Shown here one piece after another: positions 50,855 through 61,387 of a DNA stretch of 64,000 nucleotides. The position numbers were made by a program, and so were the translations under genes. Numbering within the stretch: the stretch's first letter is position 1; each line of letters opens with the position of its first letter. Source of the DNA: Candidatus Moraniibacteriota bacterium (lineage in GTDB: Bacteria > Patescibacteriota > Minisyncoccia > Moranbacterales > GCA-2747515); the NCBI GenBank assembly GCA_027031495.1, contig JALVQA010000006.1, positions 16,952-80,951 of the forward strand, written 5' to 3'. The notes beneath the pieces are model-generated. The model saw only the letters and a list, made by a program, of their open reading frames with translations, was not told the DNA's origin and did no database searches.

Positions 50855-51151
50855 ATGGCTGTAGAGTTGACAGAAGAAGAGGTGCGTCATGTTGCCTTTC
50901 TTGCGCGCGTTGGCGTCACAGATGAAGACGTTAAAAAATACCAAAAAGATCTTTCAAGCGTTCTTGCGTATTTTGATGAGCTCAATGCCGTCAATACAGA
51001 TAATGTTGAACCCATTGGGCATATAACGGGCATGACAAATGTTTTTCGTTCCGATAACGTGCATGACGTCGATGAAGATACGAAGAGGCGTATCATGGAA
51101 AATGTACCGGAAACAAAAGATGGTTATATCAAAGTAAAGAGTATTTTTTAG
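50855..51151 (+). CDS. gatC: Glu/Asp-tRNA amidotransferase subunit C
   Basis: VRHVAFLARVGVTDEDVKKYQKDLSSVLAYFDEL is the typical GatC sequence. The internal ATG at 50855 avoids overlap with ligA. Confidence 0.8.
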   Translation: MAVELTEEEVRHVAFLARVGVTDEDVKKYQKDLSSVLAYFDELNAVNTDNVEPIGHITGMTNVFRSDNVHDVDEDTKRRIMENVPETKDGYIKVKSIF

Positions 51152-51161
51152 GGCAAATACT

Positions 51162-52616
51162 ATGATCAAAGAGCTACACGACAAGATTGTCAATGGTGAG
51201 ATTACAGCTGTAGAGCTTGCACAAAAATACCTTGATGTTATTGATGAAAAGGATGGACCAGAAGGTCTTAATGCGTTTCTTACGGTAACGCGTGAGGAAG
51301 CGTTGGCAAAAGCGCGTGCGGTTGATGAAAAAGTAAAGAAAGGAGAAAAGATTGATTTACTTGCCGGCATACCGTACGGTGCAAAAGATGTGATCTGTAC
51401 GAAGGGTATTCGCACAACAGCTGCGTCAAAGATTCTTGACAATTACAAACCGCCATACGATGCGACGGTGATCACAAAACTTCAGAAGGTTGGTGCTGTC
51501 ATGCTCGGCAAAACGAATCTTGATGAGTTTGCTATGGGCGCGAGTACGGAAAACAGTGCCTATGGCTATGTGAAGAATCCGCATGATCCAGCACGTGTTG
51601 CTGGTGGATCCAGCGGTGGTAGTGCTGCGGCGGTTGTTGCAGGTGAAGTTGTATGGGCGCTTGGATCTGATACTGGCGGCTCCATTCGGCAACCGGCTGC
51701 GTTTTGCGGTTGTGTTGGTCTGAAGCCAACCTATGGACGTGTTTCCCGTCATGGTTTGATTGCCATGGCGTCAAGCCTTGATCAGATTGGTCCGCTTACA
51801 CAGAGTGTGGAGGATGCTGCCATTGTGCTATCGCGTATTGCTGGGCAGGATAAAATGGACGCAACGAGTGCGCACAGTGGTGGTAAACTATACGAACGTT
51901 ACCTTACGCGCGATATTGTCGGCAAGAAGATTGGCGTCTTGCCGGCAGAGGTTTATGACAATCTTGATCCGCGCATTACTGAGAGCATTACGCGTGCCGG
52001 TGAGTGCCTACAAGAGCATGGTGCAGTGTTGGAGGAAGTTGCGTTGCCACATTTGAAGCACGCATTGAGTGTATACTACATTATTATGCCGAGTGAAGTA
52101 AGTTCAAATATGGCGCGTTTTGATGGTATTCGTTATGGTATGACTGCTGATGATGGTGTGGATAATGCACCAGGTGACGGTATTCATGAGCGTTATCAGG
52201 ATACGCGTCGCATCTTTTTAGGTGAGGAGGTGAAGCGACGTATAATGCTCGGTACGTACAGTCTTTCTGCCGGCTACTACGATCAGTACTACAACAAGGC
52301 GCAACGCGTACGCAGATTAATTCACCAGGATTTTGTTGATGCTTTCAAGAAGGTGGACGTAATTCTGCTTCCAACGGCACCGGAAGTTGCATTCAAAGCC
52401 GGTGCAAAAACAAGTGATCCACTAACAATGTATCTCTCAGATATTTTTACAGTCGCCATCAATCTTGCTGGGGTGCCGGCCCTGTCGCTACCTGTTGGTA
52501 CACTGGAATATGATGGCACAGAACTTCCTATTGGTGGGCAACTTATCGGAGAGTGGTTTGATGAAGAAGGTCTTCTTGCAATTGGTGATGTGCTTGAGCA
52601 CGCATTAAAACGCTAA
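51162..52616 (+). CDS. gatA: Glu/Asp-tRNA amidotransferase subunit A
   Basis: Amidase signature GGSSGGSAAAV, catalytic K/S in IPYGAKDVICTKGIRTTAASK and GKTNLDEFAMG. Confidence 0.9.
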   Translation: MIKELHDKIVNGEITAVELAQKYLDVIDEKDGPEGLNAFLTVTREEALAKARAVDEKVKKGEKIDLLAGIPYGAKDVICTKGIRTTAASKILDNYKPPYDATVITKLQKVGAVMLGKTNLDEFAMGASTENSAYGYVKNPHDPARVAGGSSGGSAAAVVAGEVVWALGSDTGGSIRQPAAFCGCVGLKPTYGRVSRHGLIAMASSLDQIGPLTQSVEDAAIVLSRIAGQDKMDATSAHSGGKLYERYLTRDIVGKKIGVLPAEVYDNLDPRITESITRAGECLQEHGAVLEEVALPHLKHALSVYYIIMPSEVSSNMARFDGIRYGMTADDGVDNAPGDGIHERYQDTRRIFLGEEVKRRIMLGTYSLSAGYYDQYYNKAQRVRRLIHQDFVDAFKKVDVILLPTAPEVAFKAGAKTSDPLTMYLSDIFTVAINLAGVPALSLPVGTLEYDGTELPIGGQLIGEWFDEEGLLAIGDVLEHALKR

Positions 52617-52625
52617 CGTAATTAT

Positions 52626-53165
52626 ATGAAATTTGCCGGCGAGGTTACGCAAGATACAACACTGTGGCAAGATATTAGTGCTGTTTTGTCTTTTATTTTT
52701 CATTCACCACTGTTTACTGTTATCAAAGTTCTTGCAGCAATCTACACTGCCGTACTTGTTGTTAATATTATTCTTCTCATCATCCTTAACGGTGCACAAA
52801 AGAGTATCCGCAAAGAGCGTCGTGGCGCAAATTTGCCGACATATGCAGAAGCGCGGCGTAGATGGCGACGCATTATGTCGTACGTTAAGAAAGGAACACA
52901 AAATTACTACAAAGCCGCAATTCTTGAAGCTGATCAGATGGTTGAAAATCTTTTGACGGATACGGGCAGTAAGGAGCCGACAATGCATGAGAAAATTCAG
53001 CGCCTTAAAGAGCAGTATATAGATAGCGCGGAAGATTTGGAAAAGGCGCATGCGATGAGTATGCGCATTGTGCGTGAGCCGTCATTGACTTTGTCGCGCA
53101 AAGATGTTGACGAAACATTGGCGCTGTACAGACATTTTCTTGAGGATATGGAGGTATTCGGCTAA
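52626..53165 (+). CDS. Hypothetical membrane-anchored protein
   Basis: One or two N-terminal TM segments and a charged helical C-terminal region. Confidence 0.35.
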   Translation: MKFAGEVTQDTTLWQDISAVLSFIFHSPLFTVIKVLAAIYTAVLVVNIILLIILNGAQKSIRKERRGANLPTYAEARRRWRRIMSYVKKGTQNYYKAAILEADQMVENLLTDTGSKEPTMHEKIQRLKEQYIDSAEDLEKAHAMSMRIVREPSLTLSRKDVDETLALYRHFLEDMEVFG

Positions 53166-53178
53166 TACGTTTTTAAGC

Positions 53179-53433
53179 ATGGGTGTAAAAAAGATAACAA
53201 TTTGTCATAAGCGAGATGACTGTATTGGGTGCGGTTCGTGTGCGCTTATTGCATCGCATACATGGGAGATGAACAAGAAAGATGGCAAGGCTGTGCTTAA
53301 AGGTGCGCAATGGAAAGGTAAGGAGTTTATGGTAGCGCAAATTGATGATGACGATGATGTTCTTGCCGCAAATAGACAGGCCGCTGATGCATGTCCGGTG
53401 CGTATTATTCGTATCGCGGGATACAATAACTAA
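53179..53433 (+). CDS. Small [4Fe-4S] ferredoxin
   Basis: CIGCGSC plus a distal CP (ADACPV), the single-cluster ferredoxin pattern CxxCxxC...CP. Internal ATG at 53179. Confidence 0.6.
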   Translation: MGVKKITICHKRDDCIGCGSCALIASHTWEMNKKDGKAVLKGAQWKGKEFMVAQIDDDDDVLAANRQAADACPVRIIRIAGYNN

Positions 53434-53548
53434 TTTTTTAGAGGAATTTGATATTTTTGCGCATTTATTGTAGTATGCCTTGTGTGTACTTTTTAAAATC
53501 AGTCTAAAAGACTGCCCATGCCTGAGGGGAGACGGTGAGGAGTATAGA

Positions 53549-53857
53549 ATGATCTCTGGTTCTTATGAAGGTGTTGTACAAGATTTTTTGAGCACACATG
53601 AACGCCACAAAAGAGATTTTGGCATTATTGAAAAAGAGCAAGTTGAAGGAAAGTGTGTGCTTGTAGTTGAGTACCGCGTCGCACCGGTAACAATGCAAAG
53701 AGAAGTATACGTTCTTGATGGTAGTGGTGGGTATCGAGTAATTGCGGCCGAAACATTTTGTGCAAAAACAGCGCAAACGAAACTTCATATCAAAGAAATT
53801 GATGATAGCGCTGTTGTAATACAAGATCAAAATAGTACGCGACGCATCGTTCTGTAG
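53549..53857 (+). CDS. Hypothetical protein
   Basis: The internal ATG at 53549 is preceded by GGTGAGGAG 8 nt upstream. 102 aa. Confidence 0.35.
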   Translation: MISGSYEGVVQDFLSTHERHKRDFGIIEKEQVEGKCVLVVEYRVAPVTMQREVYVLDGSGGYRVIAAETFCAKTAQTKLHIKEIDDSAVVIQDQNSTRRIVL

Positions 53858-53997
53858 GAGAATCGTCATTTTTATAAGCCGTGCATTAGTAACTATAATG
53901 TAGTCATGACTGTGCGCGGTTTTTTCTTTGGAAAAAGAGTAATAGGTGTTCTCGATTTGCAAAATTATGGTACACTAAGTGAAAGTATTTGTATTAT

Positions 53998-55788
53998 ATG
54001 GAGACGAAAAATATTCGCAATTTTTGTATTATTGCTCATATTGATCATGGCAAGAGTACGTTGGCTGATCGCTTTTTAGATATAACGGGAACGGTTGAAA
54101 AGCGAAAGATGAAGGAGCAACTTCTCGATCAAATGGATCTTGAGCGTGAGCGTGGTATTACGATTAAGTTACAACCAGTGCGTATGCACTATACGCACGG
54201 CGGTGTGGAATACATGCTCAATCTTATTGACACGCCGGGACATGTCGACTTCCAGTACGAAGTAAGTCGCTCGCTGGCTGCTGTGGAAGGCGCGGTTCTC
54301 CTTGTTGATGCATCACAAGGTGTGCAGGCACAGACACTGTCAAATCTTTATGCTGCACTGGAACAGGATCTTGAGATTATTCCCGTTCTCAATAAAATTG
54401 ATCTGCCGAATGCGGATCCCGATAAAGTTGCGCATGAAATCATGCATGTACTTGGTTGCTCGCGTGAAGATATTCTTTCTGTCAGCGGTAAAACAGGTGA
54501 AGGTGTACATGAACTTTTGGTGGAAATTATTGAGCGCATACCGGCGCCACGTGGAAAGCGTAATGTGCCAGCGCGTGCGTTGGTTTTTGATAGTGTATAT
54601 GATTCATATAAGGGTGTTTTGGCGTACGTGCGCGTTGTTGATGGTACGCTCACGGCACACAAAGATCTTAAGATGATGGCAACCGGCAATACGAGTTCCA
54701 TTGTTGAATTGGGCGTCCTTAATCCACACTATACCGTACAACCGACACTGCAAGCTGGTGAGATTGGCTATGTAGCAACCGGTTTTAAGACGGTTGCGGA
54801 ATGTCGTGTTGGCGATACAATTACGATGGCAACGGAACCGGCACGCACACCACTGAGTGGTTATAAGCAGGTACGACCGATGGTATATGCAAGTTTCTAT
54901 CCGGTTGATGGTGCGGATTATAATGTTATGCGTGACGCGTTGGAAAAGCTTTCTCTCAATGATGCGGCGTTTACTTTTGAGCCGGAGCATAACAGTGCTT
55001 TGGGGCGTGGTTTTCGGTGTGGTTTTCTTGGCCTTTTACACCTTGAGATTATTCAGGCACGTCTGGAGCGAGAATTTGATATAGTGCCGACAATTACGGC
55101 GCCAAGCGTTGTTTACAAGGTCGTACGGACGACGAGCGAGGAACTTATGGTGTATGCACCGTCGGAATTACCGGATCCGTCAACGATTCAAGTAATTATG
55201 GAACCCTACGTGCGCCTTGAGATTTTAGTGCCGTCAACATACCTTGGCAATGTTATGGAGCTCCTTGGACGTACACGTGCAGAGTATAAAAACACGGACT
55301 ATATTGATCAAGATCGCGTGCAACTTATCTTTGAGGCGCCGCTGGCCGACGTGATTGTTGATCTTCATGATCAGCTTAAGAGTGTCTCCAGTGGGTATGC
55401 CTCCATGAACTACGAGTTGATGGATTATCGTGTGTCGGATTTGGTGAAGCTTGATATTCTTGTTGCCGGTGAAAGAGTGGATGCATTTTCGCGTATTGTG
55501 CCACGCGAAGCGGCACAACGCGAAGGGAAGCAGATTGTGGAGAAACTTAAAGAAGTGCTTCCGCGCCAGAATTTTGCCATTGCGCTACAGGCGGCAATCG
55601 GTGGTAAAATCATCGCACGCGCAACGATTAGCGCATTTCGTAAAGATGTGACGGCCGGTTTGTATGGTGGCGATATTACACGAAAGCGGAAGTTGCTCGA
55701 AAAACAAAAAAAAGGGAAGAAACGTATGCAGACAGTTGGTAACGTTGATATTCCGCCACAAGCGTTTCTTGCAGTTATGAAGCGCTAA
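53998..55788 (+). CDS. lepA: Translation elongation factor 4 (LepA)
   Basis: NIRNFCIIAHIDHGKSTLADR (G1), DTPGHVDF and a unique LepA C-terminal domain. Start chosen at METKNIRNF. Confidence 0.9.
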   Translation: METKNIRNFCIIAHIDHGKSTLADRFLDITGTVEKRKMKEQLLDQMDLERERGITIKLQPVRMHYTHGGVEYMLNLIDTPGHVDFQYEVSRSLAAVEGAVLLVDASQGVQAQTLSNLYAALEQDLEIIPVLNKIDLPNADPDKVAHEIMHVLGCSREDILSVSGKTGEGVHELLVEIIERIPAPRGKRNVPARALVFDSVYDSYKGVLAYVRVVDGTLTAHKDLKMMATGNTSSIVELGVLNPHYTVQPTLQAGEIGYVATGFKTVAECRVGDTITMATEPARTPLSGYKQVRPMVYASFYPVDGADYNVMRDALEKLSLNDAAFTFEPEHNSALGRGFRCGFLGLLHLEIIQARLEREFDIVPTITAPSVVYKVVRTTSEELMVYAPSELPDPSTIQVIMEPYVRLEILVPSTYLGNVMELLGRTRAEYKNTDYIDQDRVQLIFEAPLADVIVDLHDQLKSVSSGYASMNYELMDYRVSDLVKLDILVAGERVDAFSRIVPREAAQREGKQIVEKLKEVLPRQNFAIALQAAIGGKIIARATISAFRKDVTAGLYGGDITRKRKLLEKQKKGKKRMQTVGNVDIPPQAFLAVMKR

Positions 55789-55799
55789 CAACAGTAGTG

Positions 55800-55808
55800 T
55801 GCTATAAT
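55800..55808 (+). promoter_or_regulatory. Putative extended -10 promoter element (TGcTATAAT)
   Basis: Sits immediately after the lepA stop and ahead of a 34-aa ORF and ftsB-like. Confidence 0.35.
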
Positions 55809-55832
55809 GAGTAGAGTATAAGGTTATAAAAT

Positions 55833-55937
55833 ATGAAAAGGAAGAAAGTTGTTAAAATTTTTTGGCTTATCATGGCGACGTTGATGATTTTTGCCATGAT
55901 CATCTTTACGATTGCGCCGGCTTTTTATTCCTACTAA
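55833..55937 (+). CDS. Possible 34-aa single-TM small protein (below the 60-aa ORF-track cutoff)
   Basis: MKRKKVVKIFWLIMATLMIFAMIIFTIAPAFYSY: basic N-terminus plus one TM helix, read directly from the DNA. Only a weak SD (AAGG). Confidence 0.3.
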   Translation: MKRKKVVKIFWLIMATLMIFAMIIFTIAPAFYSY

Positions 55938-55955
55938 AAATGGTTCGCTAGCAAA

Positions 55956-56390
55956 GTGTGTCATATGCGTATCTCTCTCATTTTCCTTGGCGGTAGTATT
56001 ATTGTGGTGGGCATTGCCACGTTTTTAGGTTTCTCTGGTGTAAAGGAGTACAAACGCGTGAGTGCTATTGATCGTGAAATTGCCTCTATGAAGGCGGAGG
56101 TGGAGCGTCTTGAGCGTCATAATGCCGATTTGGAAGATCGCATATCATATTTTTCATCAGATGCTTACCGTGAGCGTGTAGCAAAGGAACGTCTCGGTTA
56201 CAGACGTTCTGATGAGAAAGTTGTTTTAGTGACACAAAACAATGATGCTACTTCACTATCTGATGGCGCTAGCAAAGAGAGTAGAGGTGATTTTTTTGAC
56301 GACGACAGTAATGATGTTGTGTCTCGTGAAAATACTACGTATGGGTGGATTGAGCGTTTGCTAAATGGTAAAAATAAGAATGAAGAATAG
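55956..56390 (+). CDS. FtsB/DivIC-like septum formation initiator
   Basis: N-terminal TM, a coiled coil (EIASMKAEVERLERHNADLEDRI) and ERVAKERLGYRRSDEKVV, the DivIC/FtsB C-terminal motif. Confidence 0.6.
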   Translation: MCHMRISLIFLGGSIIVVGIATFLGFSGVKEYKRVSAIDREIASMKAEVERLERHNADLEDRISYFSSDAYRERVAKERLGYRRSDEKVVLVTQNNDATSLSDGASKESRGDFFDDDSNDVVSRENTTYGWIERLLNGKNKNEE

Positions 56391-56421
56391 ATATTGATTC
56401 CACATAGAATAAAAAAATTTT

Positions 56422-57519
56422 ATGAAAAAAACAATGTTTAAAAATAAAGTATTCAAGAAGAAGACGCTCATTCGCAGCATGTTTATTGCGCTCTGTTTAG
56501 GTGCGATTCTCTTTTTTGTGTTTGCGGTGACACTTGTGTATCGTGGAAGTGATTCTGTGCTTGCACGCGGTGTTGAGCGTGTTTTACCGCTACCTGCAGC
56601 GATTATTAATTGGACACACTTTGTCTCCATTGCTGATCTAAAGCGCAATCTTGAGGCGACACGCAATTTTTACGAAAATCAAGATTTTGCAAGCATCGGC
56701 GTACGTATAGATTTTACAACGGAAGATGGGCGCAAGAAACTAAAGCTGTGGGAAGCAACGCTTTTGGACAAACTTATTGAAGATGAGGTCGTTTATATCC
56801 TTGCTGATCGGGCTGGTATTGAAATTACTGATGCGCAGGTGCACGCACGTGTAAAGCAAGAACTTGATCGTTATGGTAAGGGACGTGTTGTGCAGAAAAA
56901 TATTCGTCGTCTATGGGGCTTTACAATGAAAGATTTTGAAGAACGTATTGTAAAGCCGCAGATTTACAGGGAGGCGCTTGAACAGTATGCGCAAAAACAC
57001 TATGACACGACTGCAATGCGACAAAAAGCACTGGAAGCGCATACAGCTCTGGATAAAGGTATGGATTTTGTCGTTGCTGTGAAGACATATTCTGAAAGTC
57101 CAGAGGCTGCTGAGGATGGTGGCAATGCGGGATGGTTTTCTTACGACGATCTTGCACCGGAGATTGCGGATAAAGTGTTTAATCTTGACGTTGGCGCATA
57201 CAGCGATGTTATTGAAACGGATAACGGCTTTCACATTGTTAAGGTTGAAGATCGTCACACTGATACACAAGGGACAAAGGTGCTGTTGCGTCATATTATT
57301 ATATTTAAGCCGACATTTGCACAGTGGCTCGATGACCAGATGCGCGCTTTCACAGTGTATATACCGCTGTCGGCATATACATGGAATACCGAAACACGTC
57401 ATGTTGATATTGCCGATCCAGATCTGAAAGCTTATGTTGAAAAACTAAAACAAGAAGCCGTGACAAATCTTGAAAAAGCGGGATATCAAGAGAGCACAGC
57501 AGAGACAGATAGCTTATAA
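56422..57519 (+). CDS. Parvulin-type peptidyl-prolyl cis-trans isomerase (PrsA/SurA-like), membrane-anchored
   Basis: N-terminal TM, a SurA-N-like region and the parvulin domain AEDGGNAGWFSYDDLAPEIADKVFNLDVGAYSDVIETDNGFHIVKV. Confidence 0.75.
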   Translation: MKKTMFKNKVFKKKTLIRSMFIALCLGAILFFVFAVTLVYRGSDSVLARGVERVLPLPAAIINWTHFVSIADLKRNLEATRNFYENQDFASIGVRIDFTTEDGRKKLKLWEATLLDKLIEDEVVYILADRAGIEITDAQVHARVKQELDRYGKGRVVQKNIRRLWGFTMKDFEERIVKPQIYREALEQYAQKHYDTTAMRQKALEAHTALDKGMDFVVAVKTYSESPEAAEDGGNAGWFSYDDLAPEIADKVFNLDVGAYSDVIETDNGFHIVKVEDRHTDTQGTKVLLRHIIIFKPTFAQWLDDQMRAFTVYIPLSAYTWNTETRHVDIADPDLKAYVEKLKQEAVTNLEKAGYQESTAETDSL

Positions 57520-57551
57520 ATATGCGTATTACAGATGTCTATAAAACAAAA

Positions 57552-57578
57552 CTAGCACTCTCACTTGACGAGTGCTAG
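57552..57578. promoter_or_regulatory. CIRCE-like inverted repeat (HrcA operator) overlapping the clpB promoter; it may also act as the terminator of the upstream PPIase gene
   Basis: CTAGCACTC-N9-GAGTGCTAG against the CIRCE consensus TTAGCACTC-N9-GAGTGCTAA, 8 of 9 matches per arm with an exact 9-nt spacer. The -35 TTGACG (57565-57570) sits in the spacer and TATACT (57589-57594) lies 18 nt downstream. A T-run follows. Confidence 0.5.
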
Positions 57579-57670
57579 TTTTGTGTTTTATACTTTAGTA
57601 TAGAAGACAGTAGTTGCGTACGATGTAGCAATTTGTTTTCATATAAAAAACTATAAAAATAAAATATACT

Positions 57671-60313
57671 ATGAATATTGATAAATTTACAACAAAAGCA
57701 CAAGAAGTCTTGCAGAATGCGCAGGAGGCAGCGTTAGCGCGTGGCCATCAAAGTATTGGTGCGCTCCATCTCTTGTTTGCACTTTTGCGACAAGGCGATG
57801 AAACAGTGAGTGCTGTACTAAGTGCGCATAATATTGATAAAAGTGCATTAACTGAAGCTGTGGAAAGTGCACTTAAACGAGAGCCGACAGCGTTAGTATC
57901 TGATAGTTCACAAATGGTTTTCAGTCGTGAGTTGGCGCAGATTTTGGAGAGTGCGCAGAAAGAAATGGAGAAACTTGGTGATTCCTTTGTGGCGACGGAA
58001 CATCTGTTTTTAGCGATTCTTGACAATCCGTCAACAGCATCGGACATACTCAAGCATTATGGCATTGATGCAAATGCAGTGCGCACAACACTAAATAACG
58101 TTCGTGGCAACAAGAAAGTTGACACGAAAGAAGGTGGCGGTGATACGCAGGAAGCATTGAAGAAGTATACACAAAATCTCACACAGCGCGTACGCGAGGA
58201 CAAGATTGATCCGATTATTGGGCGTGATGCGGAGATTCGTCGCGTGATGCAAATTCTCTCGCGACGCACAAAGAATAATCCTGTCTTGATTGGTGAACCG
58301 GGTACGGGAAAGACGGCGATTGTGGAAGGACTTGCGCAACGCATTGTAGCCGGTGATGTACCGGAAAACCTTAAAGATAAGGAAATTATCAGTCTTGATA
58401 TGGGTGCGCTGATAGCGGGCGCGAAGTATCGCGGTGAGTTTGAGGATCGCCTCAAGGCGGTGATTAAAGCTGTTGATGAGTCGGCGGGGAAGTACATTCT
58501 CTTTATTGATGAATTGCATATGCTTATCGGTGCTGGCGCTGGCGGTGATAACGCAATGGATGCTGCCAACATTCTCAAACCGGCACTGGCGCGCGGGCAG
58601 ATTCGCACAATTGGTGCAACAACGCTCAAAGAGTATCAAAAATACATTGAAAAGGACGCGGCACTGGAGCGTCGCTTCCAGCCGGTTATGGTAACGGAGC
58701 CATCGCCGGAGGATGCGATCGCCATTTTGCGCGGTATCAAGGAGCGTTATGCGGTTCATCATGGTGTGCGCATTACAGACGATGCTATTATTGCTGCGGT
58801 TAAGTTATCGCAACGCTACATCACCGATCGTTTCTTGCCGGATAAAGCGATTGATCTGTTGGATGAGGCAGCCAGTCAGTTGCGCATAGAGATTGATTCT
58901 ATGCCGGCGGAAATAGATGAACTTGAGCGCAAGATTCGTCAGTTTGAGATCCAAAAGGCAGCGTTGGAGAAGGATTTTGGCGGTGACAAGAAGGGTGGCA
59001 AAAAGACAAAAGAAGATGAGTCAACGGAGAAGAAGCTTGCAGCGATTCAAAAAGAGCTGGCGGATCTTCGTGAGCGCGCACAGGCACTCAAAGTGCAATG
59101 GAAAGCGCAGAAAGACGCAATCATGGCAGTGCGTACAAAGAAGAAAGAACTTGAGAAATTGCGCGCTGAAGCGGAAGCGCTGGAGCGTGAAGGCGAGCTT
59201 GAGAAAGTTGCCGAGTTGCGTTATAGTCGCATTCCATCTCTTGAAAAAGAAATTGCGCAAGCACAAGAAAAACTTGCTGCGCTACAGGGTGAGAATCCAA
59301 TTCTGAAAGAAGAGGTGACAGAAGAAGATATTGCACGTGTCATTTCACAGTGGACAGGTATACCGGTATCAAAGATGCTTGCAAGTGAGATGGAGCGTCT
59401 TGCGCATTTGGAAGATGAACTGCGCAAACGTGTGATCGGGCAGGAGGAAGCGGTTGAGGCAGTTGCAAATGCTATACGTCGCTCACGTGCCGGTATTGCA
59501 CAAGAAGGACGACCAATCGCATCATTCATTTTTCTTGGACCGACAGGCGTTGGTAAGACAGAACTTGCAAAAGCGCTTGCACAGACTCTTTTTGATAGTG
59601 AGAAAGCGTTGGTTCGTCTTGACATGAGTGAATACATGGAGTCACATGCTGTTGCGAAGATGATCGGTTCGCCACCGGGTTATGTTGGCCATGATGAGGG
59701 TGGACAACTAACGGAAATTGTACGGCGCAAACCGTATAGCATTCTCCTCTTTGATGAGATTGAGAAAGCGCATCCTGATGTTTTCAATATCTTTCTGCAA
59801 ATTTTGGATGATGGACGTCTCACTGATGCAAAGGGGCGTACGGTTAACTTTACCAACACAGTCATCATCATGACATCAAACGTCGGTTCTTCAAAGATTA
59901 TGCAGATATACGAAGACGCTGATAAGAAAACGGTTGATGAGGAAGAGATGCGCAAGCGCGTTATGGAAGATGTGCAAAAGACGTTTAAGCCGGAGTTTAT
60001 CAACCGCGTTGACGATATCATCATCTTCCATCCTGTAAATGAGGAGATGCTGCGCAAGATTGTTGATATTCAGATTGGGCAAATTGTGGAGCGCCTTGCA
60101 CAGCGTGATATCACTTTGACGGTTGATGATAAAGCGCGTGCATGTCTTGTTAAGAAAGGTTACGATCCGCTCTATGGCGCACGACCACTCAAGCGCGTTC
60201 TCCAAAAAGAAGTGCTTGATCCTGTCGCACTTGCGATTGTTTCTGATAACACGGGAGCGAAGAAGGCTTTTGCTGTAACGTGTGATGAGAAGGATAAAAT
60301 TATAGTGCAGTAA
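57671..60313 (+). CDS. clpB: ATP-dependent chaperone ClpB
   Basis: Clp N-domain repeats, two AAA+ modules ([15 protein letters not shown]; [15 protein letters not shown]) and a long M-domain coiled coil between them. 880 aa. Confidence 0.95.
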   Translation: MNIDKFTTKAQEVLQNAQEAALARGHQSIGALHLLFALLRQGDETVSAVLSAHNIDKSALTEAVESALKREPTALVSDSSQMVFSRELAQILESAQKEMEKLGDSFVATEHLFLAILDNPSTASDILKHYGIDANAVRTTLNNVRGNKKVDTKEGGGDTQEALKKYTQNLTQRVREDKIDPIIGRDAEIRRVMQILSRRTKNNPVLIGEPGTGKTAIVEGLAQRIVAGDVPENLKDKEIISLDMGALIAGAKYRGEFEDRLKAVIKAVDESAGKYILFIDELHMLIGAGAGGDNAMDAANILKPALARGQIRTIGATTLKEYQKYIEKDAALERRFQPVMVTEPSPEDAIAILRGIKERYAVHHGVRITDDAIIAAVKLSQRYITDRFLPDKAIDLLDEAASQLRIEIDSMPAEIDELERKIRQFEIQKAALEKDFGGDKKGGKKTKEDESTEKKLAAIQKELADLRERAQALKVQWKAQKDAIMAVRTKKKELEKLRAEAEALEREGELEKVAELRYSRIPSLEKEIAQAQEKLAALQGENPILKEEVTEEDIARVISQWTGIPVSKMLASEMERLAHLEDELRKRVIGQEEAVEAVANAIRRSRAGIAQEGRPIASFIFLGPTGVGKTELAKALAQTLFDSEKALVRLDMSEYMESHAVAKMIGSPPGYVGHDEGGQLTEIVRRKPYSILLFDEIEKAHPDVFNIFLQILDDGRLTDAKGRTVNFTNTVIIMTSNVGSSKIMQIYEDADKKTVDEEEMRKRVMEDVQKTFKPEFINRVDDIIIFHPVNEEMLRKIVDIQIGQIVERLAQRDITLTVDDKARACLVKKGYDPLYGARPLKRVLQKEVLDPVALAIVSDNTGAKKAFAVTCDEKDKIIVQ

Positions 60314-60335
60314 TAGTGGCCTCCTTGCGCACAAC

Positions 60336-60364
60336 AAAACCACCGCTGATGGCGGTGGTTTTGC
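60336..60364 (+). terminator. Rho-independent terminator after clpB
   Basis: AAAACCACCGC / GCGGTGGTTTT stem with loop TGAT, followed by a T-rich tail. Confidence 0.7.
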
Positions 60365-60446
60365 GTCTCTCCCATAAAGTGCACTATTGTGCTATACTGT
60401 TTATAAAGGGGTTTGCAGTAAAAAGTAATTATTTAGCATAAAAAAT

Positions 60447-61151
60447 ATGCGAGAAAGGTATATGGACCGACTTCTTACGGAGTTTGATCCGGTTGCGGCG
60501 GGTATGTCGCACAGTATGATCTCCGCACATACGATGTGGGGCTGGATTAAGACAACACTGGTTGTCATTGTTGTCATCCTTATCGGTCTGTTTGTTGCGA
60601 CGACACTGGCAAAACTTGCCGGTACAATTGTACGACGTACAAAGATTGATAAGGCATTTAAGAGTCTTGGCTGGGATGAACAGCTTGAAAAAATTGGCCT
60701 CGCCGTTAAACCGAGCACGGTTATTGCGTGGCTTGTAAAGTGGTTCGTAATCATCGCCGTTTTCTCCGGTGTGGTTAACTATCTCGGCGCGCAACAACTT
60801 GCACGTTTCTTTAATGACATTTTGGCTTATTTGCCGAATGTTGCTATTGCGGTTGTTGTTCTTGTTATCGGTTCTTTGGTGGCGAACTCAGTGCGTACAG
60901 CGGTTGCACGTGTGCTTGAAAACACAAAGGATGTAAAGAATAAAAAGCTTGTTGCGTCGGTGCCGTATTATGCAATTATGACGATCACCGTGCTGACGGC
61001 GCTTGATCATCTCGGTATCGGGGGCAATATGATTGAGATCTTGTTTACCGGCGTTGTTGTAGCGTTTTCTCTTGCACTTGGCTTGGCGTTTGGTCTTGGT
61101 GGCAAGGAACATGCTGCGCGTTTTCTTGATGCGCTCACGCGCAACAAGTAG
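60447..61151 (+). CDS. Hypothetical polytopic membrane protein (conserved-TM-helix repeat type)
   Basis: About 5 TM segments with a repeated helix motif (VIAWLVKWFVIIAVFSGV / AIAVVVLVIGSLVANSV). 234 aa. The true start may be the internal MDRLL. Confidence 0.4.
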   Translation: MRERYMDRLLTEFDPVAAGMSHSMISAHTMWGWIKTTLVVIVVILIGLFVATTLAKLAGTIVRRTKIDKAFKSLGWDEQLEKIGLAVKPSTVIAWLVKWFVIIAVFSGVVNYLGAQQLARFFNDILAYLPNVAIAVVVLVIGSLVANSVRTAVARVLENTKDVKNKKLVASVPYYAIMTITVLTALDHLGIGGNMIEILFTGVVVAFSLALGLAFGLGGKEHAARFLDALTRNK

Positions 61152-61216
61152 AAAAAGCACCCGAAAGCGTGCGAATTAAAAAAATACACGACAATCAGAT
61201 TGGTGATGAAAAGTGC

Positions 61217-61246
61217 AAAACCACCACGAGAGTGGTGGTTTTTTGT
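61217..61246 (+). terminator. Rho-independent terminator
   Basis: AAAACCACCAC / GTGGTGGTTTT with loop GAGA, followed by TTTTTG. Confidence 0.7.
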
Positions 61247-61334
61247 GGATGTTTTGTATAGGAATTATGTTTTGTGCGGGAATTGCCGTAAGAGTACATC
61301 CCTTGTGCAAATGCGAAAAAACAGGGAGAGTCTT

Positions 61335-61363
61335 GCATTATTTGTAAAAATGTGGTATAAATA
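61335..61363 (+). promoter_or_regulatory. Putative sigma-70 promoter for the small-peptide gene
   Basis: TTGCAT, a 17-nt spacer, then TATAAA. An AAGGAGGTG SD lies downstream. Confidence 0.45.
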
Positions 61364-61387
61364 AAGTGGTTCTTTAAGGAGGTGATT

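Noticed and set aside
57548-57590. Treating the hairpin upstream of clpB purely as a rho-independent terminator
   Set aside because: Its arms match the CIRCE consensus with the diagnostic 9-nt spacer, and a promoter is embedded in it. I report it as a regulatory element that may also terminate.
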